From: an uncultured Calditrichaceae bacterium
GTDB taxonomy: Bacteria; Calditrichota; Calditrichia; RBG-13-44-9
Direction: 5' to 3'
DNA: 64,000 bases
Assembly (NCBI GenBank): GCA_964624795.1
Contig: CAZUZS010000015.1
Coordinates: forward strand, 2,663-66,662
Below the pieces are notes generated by a model. That model was not told where the DNA came from. It made no database searches and saw nothing but the letters and a program-made list of their open reading frames with translations. This document shows, piece after piece, positions 53,387 to 59,921 of the stretch. Position 1 is the stretch's first letter. Each line of letters starts with the position of its first letter. Made by a program: the position numbers and the translations under genes.

Positions 53387-54865
53387 CTATTCCTCTTTCC
53401 GGGTTTCGATTGGCGTCGCCTGGTTCAAATGGTAAAACAGTTGTCTTACCTGGCGAAAGTCACCGGGATTAAGCGGGATTGTCTCGATTTCCGGAGGAAT
53501 TTCCAGATCGCGCCGTATCTGCATGGCCACCTGTTCCGGGTTTCCCTGAATCCTGGTTAAGGCAATAACCAGAGGAACCCGGTAATTGGAGATAAACTGC
53601 TGGATCAGGTATTTGGTATAATCATTTTTATCGGTTTGCGAACAGTCAACCAGGTAAAAACAGGCTAACATATTGGACGACAGTTTGCGCATCATCGGCT
53701 GGAAGTAGGAATCGATGGAGATTCCGAACACATTTAGCCGCAGATCGGAGGCCAATTGAATTCGCATAAAATCGACAGACTGTGCGGTCTTGATATCTTT
53801 GCTATTCTTGCCGGCCAATGTTTTGATGAGCTGCGATTTTCCGGAGGTCGGGTAGCCGAGAACAATCAGACGGCCCTCTTTCATACCCGGTTTAAAAAGC
53901 TTTTCCCGGATGAATTCAACATCTTCTTCCGCAAAGGCCTTGAGGCTCGATCCGTTCACTTCGGTATTGATAATGCCGGCCCGGTAGAGTCTGTCCAGCG
54001 TGCGTGTGGTTTTCAGGAATCCGTACGGCGAAGCTGAAAGTATTCTCCGGAATTCTTTTTCGTTCTGCACAAGCTCTGAAATCCTTCGATCGGCGTCCGG
54101 GAGGGCATCCTGGGAATCGGAATTATTTTTCTTGAAAACAGGGTTGGCCATTCCGAACTGCTGCAGGAAATCCATCAGGATTTTCGTCTCGAACGCAGCC
54201 TCTACCGCCAGCGCATAGGAGGAGACATTGCTGGTCGAAACTTCCCGCCGCTTGGTAAACGATTGCATCCGGAAGGTGCCCTTCTGATGCTGCAAAATGT
54301 CAAGCGCTGCGTCGATTCCCGCCTTGCCGGGGCACACCGCCTCCACAACTTCCCCCTGGAATGTCCTGATTTTTGCCTGCCAGTCATCGTCCAGGATTTT
54401 CAGAATAAAATTCTTTTTGTCATAAATACCGTTTAAGAGGATTTCACGAAGGTGAAACTCCTTCATGTTTCCACGTGTCACGTATTTTTCCACAAGCGGT
54501 TTCAATTCCCGCTGCCTGAAAATATGGATTCTTACCAAATGAACCAGGAAGGTGGCACCACCGGAGTTCCATTCGACCACCCTGGAAATCCCGGCCCGGT
54601 ACAACCGGAATCTCAGGTCAGGGTCGAGTTCTTCTCCATAAACAATTGTGAATTGCGATTCCAGGAAATCCAGTTCATCCGCTGAATTCTTAATCCATTC
54701 GTACCCAATCAGAACGGCGTCCGGCAGCTTTTTTTCGATGAGTTCGACTAATTGCGGCAGTTCGGACACCAATTCCACCTGGTAGCCGCGCGCCGCGGCA
54801 ATATCACTTATTTCTTTCGCTCGCTCTATATTTGCTTCAAACAGGTAAACAATGGATGCAGCCAT
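53387..54865 (-). CDS. REC-like / DUF4388 / MglA-like P-loop GTPase fusion protein
   Basis: N-terminal receiver-like domain, then a DUF4388-like segment (GNMKEFHLREILLNGIYDKKNFILKIL...FQGEVVEA), then a C-terminal small-GTPase-like domain. The GTPase domain has Walker A GYPTSGKS and LVDCSQ / PLVIAL blocks paralleling MglA. The G3 (DSYFQ instead of DxxGQ) and G4 motifs are degenerate. Confidence 0.78.
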   Translation of the reverse strand: MAASIVYLFEANIERAKEISDIAAARGYQVELVSELPQLVELIEKKLPDAVLIGYEWIKNSADELDFLESQFTIVYGEELDPDLRFRLYRAGISRVVEWNSGGATFLVHLVRIHIFRQRELKPLVEKYVTRGNMKEFHLREILLNGIYDKKNFILKILDDDWQAKIRTFQGEVVEAVCPGKAGIDAALDILQHQKGTFRMQSFTKRREVSTSNVSSYALAVEAAFETKILMDFLQQFGMANPVFKKNNSDSQDALPDADRRISELVQNEKEFRRILSASPYGFLKTTRTLDRLYRAGIINTEVNGSSLKAFAEEDVEFIREKLFKPGMKEGRLIVLGYPTSGKSQLIKTLAGKNSKDIKTAQSVDFMRIQLASDLRLNVFGISIDSYFQPMMRKLSSNMLACFYLVDCSQTDKNDYTKYLIQQFISNYRVPLVIALTRIQGNPEQVAMQIRRDLEIPPEIETIPLNPGDFRQVRQLFYHLNQATPIETRKEE

Positions 54866-55025
54866 ATTACTTTCTTCTTTTTCGATAAACCTATAGAAAT
54901 ATATAGTTTATTAATAGTCGAAGCAACCCGTTTTCATCACCGAACAATTTTTTCTCTAATCCTTCGCTTCCGCGATTCCCGGTGGCCGCCGGAAAATCAT
55001 GCACGATGCAATCCCAATTCTCATC

Positions 55026-55571
55026 TCAACTTTGCTTTATACCTGCCAAATACTGAAAGAGCATTTGGTAAATGACAATCCCAAAGGCGATGGTCACATT
55101 GAGCGACTGCTTGGAGCCGTACATCGGAATTTCGATGCTGGCGTCCGCCAGGCTCACAATTTCATCCTGAACGCCGAAAACTTCGTTCCCAACCACCAGG
55201 CATGACGGGAACCTGTAATCTACTTCGTGGAATGGCTTGCTCGCAGAAGTGTGCTCCAACACTACGATGTTTACGCCCTGCGATTTGAGATGCCGGACTT
55301 GTTCCACGCCGTCCTGTCGGTATTCCCACGGAACCGTCTCGACAGCGCCCAGCGCCGTCTTGTCGATCTCCCGCCGCGGTGGATACCCGGTGATTCCGGC
55401 AAGGTAGAGCCGGGACAATCGCACCGCGTCCGAAGTGCGGAAAATGGAGCCGACATTGTACAAGCTGCGCACATTGTCCAGCAGTGCCGAAATAGGAAAA
55501 CGCTCCGTGGTTTCCATTTCCTGCGGACTCATTCGCTGCGCGGTTATTTCTTCAAACGATAGCTTTCTCAT
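55026..55571 (-). CDS. TrmH/SpoU-family RNA 2'-O-methyltransferase
   Basis: SPOUT motifs (NVGSIFRTSDA, LVVGNEVFGV, IEIPMYGSKQSLNV). 4-nt overlap with rlmD upstream. Confidence 0.85.
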   Translation of the reverse strand: MRKLSFEEITAQRMSPQEMETTERFPISALLDNVRSLYNVGSIFRTSDAVRLSRLYLAGITGYPPRREIDKTALGAVETVPWEYRQDGVEQVRHLKSQGVNIVVLEHTSASKPFHEVDYRFPSCLVVGNEVFGVQDEIVSLADASIEIPMYGSKQSLNVTIAFGIVIYQMLFQYLAGIKQS

Positions 55572-56947
55572 ATTTTCTCAAGTTTCACAACCGATTCAAT
55601 GTGGTAAGTGTGCGGGAACATGTCCACCGGCTGCACTTCCAGGACCTTATAAAATGGCAGCATCGGTTTCAGATCGCGCGCCATTGTGGCCGGATTGCAG
55701 GAAACATACACAATTTTTTCCGGGCGGATGTCGACAATCGCTTTCACCACATCGGGATGCATTCCGGAACGCGGCGGATCACACACAATTACCTGCGGCA
55801 GCTCGCGGTTCTGCAAAATGTTTTGCCTAATATCGCCTGCCAGGAATTCGCAGTTACGGACTTTATTTCTCAGGCAATTTTGAAACGCATCGCGAACAGC
55901 GCTTTCCACCAGCTCGAAACCGACGACTTTTTGAGCCAGGTGCGAAAGGAAAAGGGCAATTGTACCGGTGCCGGAAAACAAGTCCCAGATTACCGCATGA
56001 TTCTCGCCCACATATTTTTGCACGATCGAATAAAGATTTTCCGCCTGCCGGGGATTGGTTTGAAAAAACGAATTCGCCGATATCTCGAACTCGAATTCTC
56101 CCAGTTTTTCCGTCAGGCTGTTATCCCCGGAAAGAAGGTATTCTTCTTCGCTGAATGCAATTTGCGCAAAACGACGATTCACGGCATTCACAACGCTCGC
56201 GACCTGCGGAAACTTCTCAACCAGTTGCTGCACGAATTCCCACAGTTGCTCCTGCGCCGGCAGGAAGGTGACCACGTTGACCATATAATTCCGCCGTGCG
56301 AACGATTTTCTTAAAACCAGGAAACGGAGCAATCCTTCGTGCGATTTCAGATCGAAAACCGGCAGACCGCTTCGTTCAAGAAATTGTTGAGAAAAATTCA
56401 GGATTTGATTCATGGTTTCATCCTGAAGCCAGCATTTTTCAATATGCATAACGCGGTCGAACGCGCCGGGGACATGAAAGCCGAGCGCAAATCCCTTTTC
56501 CAACTCCGGATTGCCCAGTTCTTCCGGGGTGAGCCAGCGGCTATGGGTAAAGGAAAATTCTGTTTTATTGCGGTATTCGAAAACAAGCGGCGAAGGAAGG
56601 GTGGGGTGAATCATTTCCGGCATGACGCCGGCAATGTGTTCCAGGCTCTCCAGTACCTGTTCCCGCTTAAAAAGGAGTTGCTGCTGGTAATCGAGATTCT
56701 GCCATTTGCAGCCTCCGCAATTCCCGAAATGCGCACACGGAGCGATCTGGCGCAGCGGAGATGGCTTGATGAGCCGGATCAGGCGCGCTTCCGCATAATT
56801 ACTTTTTATCTTGCGAATGCGAATTATAGCCTGATCGCCGGGAATGCCCTTTTCCACGAAGACCACACGATTTTCCAGCCGGGCCAGCCCCTTCCCTCCG
56901 AAAGCCAGCTTCTCTATCTCAACTTCAATTTCTTCCCGCTTCTTCAT
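55568..56947 (-). CDS. rlmD: 23S rRNA (uracil-C5)-methyltransferase RlmD/RumA-type
   Basis: N-terminal TRAM domain, a 4-Cys cluster (CAHFGNCGGCKWQ ... C), and a C-terminal SAM methyltransferase with the nucleophile motif (DPPRSG). Confidence 0.9.
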   Translation of the reverse strand: MKKREEIEVEIEKLAFGGKGLARLENRVVFVEKGIPGDQAIIRIRKIKSNYAEARLIRLIKPSPLRQIAPCAHFGNCGGCKWQNLDYQQQLLFKREQVLESLEHIAGVMPEMIHPTLPSPLVFEYRNKTEFSFTHSRWLTPEELGNPELEKGFALGFHVPGAFDRVMHIEKCWLQDETMNQILNFSQQFLERSGLPVFDLKSHEGLLRFLVLRKSFARRNYMVNVVTFLPAQEQLWEFVQQLVEKFPQVASVVNAVNRRFAQIAFSEEEYLLSGDNSLTEKLGEFEFEISANSFFQTNPRQAENLYSIVQKYVGENHAVIWDLFSGTGTIALFLSHLAQKVVGFELVESAVRDAFQNCLRNKVRNCEFLAGDIRQNILQNRELPQVIVCDPPRSGMHPDVVKAIVDIRPEKIVYVSCNPATMARDLKPMLPFYKVLEVQPVDMFPHTYHIESVVKLEKI

Positions 56948-57079
56948 CTGTTTTTGGCGGCAAGTTAAAAATCGCTCCTACCGGATGCAATTCAAAAAAA
57001 AGTGTTGGCGGGAATCCGGAAGCGGGCAAAGCTTTTATGTTGCATCGAGGGATATTATATGATAAACATTGCAATCTCT

Positions 57080-57121
57080 AAAAAATGGGAGAGCAAGCGT
57101 TTCCCGCTCTCCCATTTTTTG
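57080..57121 (-). terminator. Intrinsic terminator of trpB2 (bidirectional)
   Basis: AAAAA-AUGGGAGAGC-11 nt loop-GCUCUCCCAU-UUUUUU: a 10-bp perfect stem. It lies 9 nt downstream of the trpB2 stop. Confidence 0.8.
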
Positions 57122-57129
57122 ATCCCGAA

Positions 57130-58446
57130 TCAGACAGCTTCCTTCATCGTTTTATCCACCAGATTGCCGCCCAGGAAGGCTTCATAGGCAGACAGATCGA
57201 GCAATCCGTGACCAGACAGATTGAACACGATCGTTTTCTGCTTCCCCTCCTTCCTGGCAATTTCAGCCTGCTGAATCGCAGCCTGCACCGCGTGCGCCGA
57301 CTCCGGCGCCGGAACAATGCCTTCGGTTTGGGCAAACAGCACCGCACCATTAAAAATATCATGCTGTCCGATTGCCTGTGCCGAAATCAGGTTGTTAGCC
57401 AGGAGTGCGCTTACCAGCGGGGCCGCGCCGTGGTAACGCAATCCGCCGGCATGAATAGTCGGGGGAATAAAGCCGTGTCCCAGTGAATACATTTTCAGAA
57501 GCGGCGTAAGCCCGGCGGTGTCGCCGAAGTCGTATTCCATTTTACCCTGCGTCAGTGTCGGGCAAGATTCCGGCTCAACCGCGATGACATCAATATCGCG
57601 CCCGTTTATTTTATCACGCAAGAACGGGAAAGCCAAGCCTGAGAAATTGCTGCCGCCGCCGTGACAACCGATAATGACATCCGGGTAATCACCGGCCAGC
57701 TTGAACTGCTCCTGGGCCTCCTGGCCAATAATTGTCTGGTGCAGCAGCACGTGATTGAGCACGCTTCCCAGCGAATATTTGGAGTCCTCCCGCTGTACCG
57801 CCTCTTCAATCGCTTCCGAAATAGCAATTCCCAAGCTGCCGGGACAGTCGGGATCGTTCTGCAGGATTCTCCGTCCCGCTTCGGTGCGGTTGGAAGGCGA
57901 CGGGTAAATTTCTGCACCGTAGAGATTCATCATGGTTTTGCGGTGCGGTTTCTGCTCGTAGCTAACACGCACCATATAAACGGTACAATCCATCTTAAAA
58001 AGCTGGCAGGCATAAGCCAGGGAACTTCCCCACTGCCCCGCCCCGGTCTCGGTGACCAGCTTTTTGGTGCCATCGACCTTGTTGTAGTAAGCCTGGGAAA
58101 TTGCGGTATTTGGTTTGTGGCTGCCGGTTGGTGAAACTCCCTCGTATTTGTAATAGATTTTCGCCGGGGTTTTCAACGCCGCCTCCAGCCGTGTAGCGCG
58201 GATAAGCGGAGTTGGACGATAAATCGCATAAGCTTCGCGAACTGCATCCGGAATTGGAATCTCACGTTCGGAGCTCATCTCCTGTTCAATTAGCGACATG
58301 GGAAATATGGGCAGCATATCATCCGGGGAAATGGGCTGTTTTGTACCCGGGTGCAGGGGCGGATCCAGTTGAAAAGGTAAATCGGCCGCCAGATTGTAAT
58401 AATGGGTGGGAATCTGGTTTTGGGTGAGTAAAAATTGTCGTTCCAT
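57130..58446 (-). CDS. trpB: Tryptophan synthase beta-like protein (TrpB2-type, standalone)
   Basis: PLP lysine motif GSHKPN, about 50-aa N-terminal extension relative to TrpB1 ([13 protein letters not shown]), glycine-rich [11 protein letters not shown] loop. Start chosen at ATG 58446 with an AAGGAG SD. There is no trpA or other trp gene nearby. Confidence 0.88.
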   Translation of the reverse strand: MERQFLLTQNQIPTHYYNLAADLPFQLDPPLHPGTKQPISPDDMLPIFPMSLIEQEMSSEREIPIPDAVREAYAIYRPTPLIRATRLEAALKTPAKIYYKYEGVSPTGSHKPNTAISQAYYNKVDGTKKLVTETGAGQWGSSLAYACQLFKMDCTVYMVRVSYEQKPHRKTMMNLYGAEIYPSPSNRTEAGRRILQNDPDCPGSLGIAISEAIEEAVQREDSKYSLGSVLNHVLLHQTIIGQEAQEQFKLAGDYPDVIIGCHGGGSNFSGLAFPFLRDKINGRDIDVIAVEPESCPTLTQGKMEYDFGDTAGLTPLLKMYSLGHGFIPPTIHAGGLRYHGAAPLVSALLANNLISAQAIGQHDIFNGAVLFAQTEGIVPAPESAHAVQAAIQQAEIARKEGKQKTIVFNLSGHGLLDLSAYEAFLGGNLVDKTMKEAV

Positions 58447-58476
58447 GATATTCTCCTTATTTTTAGAACGGATTAG

Positions 58477-58510
58477 AAACAAAAAACCCGCTTCCGGAAT
58501 TGGCAGCGGG
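58477..58510 (-). terminator. Attenuator terminator in the trpB2 leader
   Basis: CCCGCU-GCCAAUUCCGGA-AGCGGG followed by UUUUUUGUUU. It lies between the leader-peptide stop and the trpB2 SD. The upstream segment GGCGGUGGG (58560-58568) can pair with the 5' arm (CCCGCUGCC) as an alternative antiterminator. Confidence 0.7.
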
Positions 58511-58536
58511 CTTATCTTAATTTATTTGAAATTAGA

Positions 58537-58623
58537 TTATTTGTCGAAAGCGTACCTTACCCACCGCCAAAAAAGATGGCGCCACCACCATGTAGAAGTT
58601 GTCCGGGTAAAGTTTAAAAACAT
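58537..58623 (-). CDS. Trp-rich leader peptide (MFLNFTRTTSTWWWRHLFWRWVRYAFDK), putative trpL-like attenuation peptide
   Basis: ATG is preceded by a GAGGA SD with a 6-nt spacer. The 28 codons include UGG UGG UGG plus two more UGG, so 5 of 28 residues are Trp. A TAA stop lies 27 nt before the terminator hairpin. Confidence 0.6.
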   Translation of the reverse strand: MFLNFTRTTSTWWWRHLFWRWVRYAFDK

Positions 58624-58647
58624 CCTGCGTCCTCAATAATTTTGACT

Positions 58648-58675
58648 AATATAGTGATAGAATGTTAAAATGCAA
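58648..58675 (-). promoter_or_regulatory. Candidate sigma70 promoter for the trp leader/trpB2 transcript
   Basis: TTGCAT-16 nt-TATATT, about 25 nt upstream of the leader ATG. Confidence 0.4.
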
Positions 58676-58810
58676 ATCATTTTTCCAATTTTTGAATCCC
58701 GCGAAGGGCAGGTCAGATTAACGGTTCACAGAAGTAAAAAAGTCTTGATTTATTTTATGATGATGTTTATCTTTGCCGTGCTTTTTGGGCTTTAGAGGTC
58801 TATGTGTTTA

Positions 58811-58902
58811 GGAGAGGTGGCCGAGCTGGCTGAAGGCGCTCGCCTGCTAAGTGAGTGTAGTGGCTAAAACCGCTACCGAGGGTTCGAATCCCTCCCTCTC
58901 CG
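58811..58902 (+). tRNA. tRNA-Ser (anticodon GCU)
   Basis: 92 nt with a long variable arm. Anticodon loop CUGCUAA. Acceptor GGAGAGG/CCUCUCC, T arm GAGGGUUCGAAUCCCUC. Confidence 0.9.
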
Positions 58903-58910
58903 CTAAAAAG

Positions 58911-58965
58911 TGGGAAGTCAGAAGTCGGATGCGAAAACAAATATGTCATTTCGACTTCCAACTTC
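58911..58965. repeat. Imperfect 15-bp inverted repeat between the two tRNA-Ser genes
   Basis: GGAAGTCAGAAGTCG ... CGACTTCCAACTTCC with a 24-nt loop. It shares the GGAAGT/ACTTCC motif with the downstream repeats. Confidence 0.4.
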
Positions 58966-58986
58966 CTACTTTCAGCTTAAAAATCA

Positions 58987-59070
58987 GGAGGGCTAGTCCT
59001 AATTGGTAAGGCGGCGGTCTTGAAAACCGCTGCGCGTAAGCGCTTGGGGGTTCGAGTCCCTCGCCCTCCG
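58987..59070 (+). tRNA. tRNA-Ser (anticodon UGA)
   Basis: Acceptor GGAGGGC/GCCCUCC, anticodon loop CUUGAAA, long variable arm UGCGCGUAAGCGC. This is not tRNA-Sec, which would have anticodon UCA. Confidence 0.88.
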
Positions 59071-59134
59071 CAAATCATTTCGTGGCAATCCTGCAGAATG
59101 TCATTTTTCTTTAGGAATATCTTTTAGGCAACTG

Positions 59135-59260
59135 GCGGTAATCTTGCTACGGAAGTGGTCACAATGTGAAAAACCGCTGCGCGTAAGCGCTTGGGGGTTT
59201 CCCATGAGGGATCACTTCCTGTGACGAGTCCTTCCTGCCCCTTAGGGGCGCCCTCCGCAA
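59135..59260 (+). pseudogene. Degenerate partial copy of tRNA-Ser(UGA) from anticodon to 3' end, with insertions (tRNA-derived fragment)
   Basis: TGAAAAACCGCTGCGCGTAAGCGCTTGGGGGTT and CGCCCTCCGCAAA are identical to the 3' portion of the upstream tRNA-Ser. Inserts of about 25, 26 and 17 nt interrupt the copy at the anticodon-loop, T-loop and acceptor-proximal positions. The inserted segments are mutually complementary (GGAAGTG/CACTTCC, GTCACA/TGTGAC). Confidence 0.4.
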
Positions 59261-59358
59261 ACACTATCTTGCAATTATACAAGGATTTAGAGACTTGCTT
59301 TAAGTCCTTGACTTGTGTACGGGAAAAGTGCCAAAACAGGCATTTTGAGGCGCGATTT

Positions 59359-59384
59359 GGGCACAGTTTGGGCACAGTTTGAGG
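59359..59384. repeat. Direct repeat, 2 x GGGCACAGTTT
   Basis: Perfect tandem 11-mer in non-coding sequence. Confidence 0.6.
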
Positions 59385-59444
59385 AAGCGGCAGATTCGGG
59401 CTTCGGGCTAATGTATCTGAATTTCGGATTTTTTATAATGCGCT

Positions 59445-59510
59445 CCCAACTTCTTACTTCTTACTTCCTACTTCTTACTTCCTACTACTTATTTCCTACT
59501 TCGTCTCACC
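59445..59510. repeat. Degenerate heptamer tandem array (CTTACTT / CCTACTT), about 8 units
   Basis: AACTTCTTACTTCTTACTTCCTACTTCTTACTTCCTACTACTTATTTCCTACTTCG. The motif is related to the ACTTCC repeats near the tRNA-Ser genes. Confidence 0.6.
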
Positions 59511-59547
59511 ACCCCGGATTTCTCTCACTACCTTTTCCATTATTCCT

Positions 59548-59712
59548 TTACTGAGGATATATCATAAAGAACACCTTTAGTGCAATACCTGCGGCAATGT
59601 AAGCGAGGAGAATTCCCAGCGCCCTGATAAACACCTTACGTTTATGCTGGAACATTATAAATGAAGCAACAGCCATACTAACGGATAAGATCAAATACAG
59701 GTATGCTAACAC
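59548..59712 (-). CDS. Putative small two-TM membrane protein (about 54 aa)
   Basis: GTG start is preceded by GGAGGTG with a 5-nt spacer. Two hydrophobic helices. The track's TTG start at 59733 is less likely. Confidence 0.3.
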   Translation of the reverse strand: MLAYLYLILSVSMAVASFIMFQHKRKVFIRALGILLAYIAAGIALKVFFMIYPQ

Positions 59713-59865
59713 GGAATCACCTCCATGTGACAATCTCTTTCAAATCTGATTTTCAAAATAATCAAACAGCTATTAATCCTTACCAGCAAAAATACAAACT
59801 AATTTAGCACCCTGCTAACACCGCTGTGTGATGCTAATCGTAATTTCTTAATATGAAATACAAAT

Positions 59866-59896
59866 AAAAAAGCCCCGACGAAATGTCAGGGCCTTG
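59866..59896 (-). terminator. Intrinsic terminator of the M3 peptidase gene
   Basis: GCCCUGAC-5 nt loop-GUCGGGGC (one mismatch) followed by UUUUU on the minus strand. It lies about 25 nt after the stop. Confidence 0.65.
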
Positions 59897-59921
59897 TAAA
59901 AGAGAAAAAATGTTTCTGAAT

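Noticed and set aside
58477-58640. T-box riboswitch upstream of trpB2
   Set aside because: The leader lacks the conserved T-box sequence (AGGGUGGNACCGCG) and a recognisable Stem I specifier architecture. An SD-led ORF with tandem Trp codons plus a terminator explains it better, as a leader-peptide attenuator.
59131-59262. Possible tRNA-Sec (selC) candidate, given selA/selB in the window and an 8-9 bp GGAAGTGG...CACTTCC pairing
   Set aside because: No UCA anticodon in any loop context. No 6-bp D stem plus 4-nt D loop. The region is clearly a disrupted copy of tRNA-Ser(UGA) with anticodon TGA. It is treated as a tRNA-derived fragment instead.
59445-59510. CRISPR array
   Set aside because: The repeat unit is only 7 nt and degenerate, with no spacers and no cas genes. 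It is a simple tandem repeat.
59315-59554. 79-aa plus-strand ORF spanning the heptamer repeats
   Set aside because: Its translation is low-complexity (LLTSYFLLLTSYYLFPTS), generated by the tandem repeat. There is no SD. It is most likely non-coding.
58811-59921. Integrated genomic island at the tRNA-Ser genes
   Set aside because: No integrase, excisionase, phage or conjugation genes lie within several kb. The downstream genes (peptidase, hydrolase) look chromosomal. Only a short tRNA 3' duplicate is present, so at most this is a scar.
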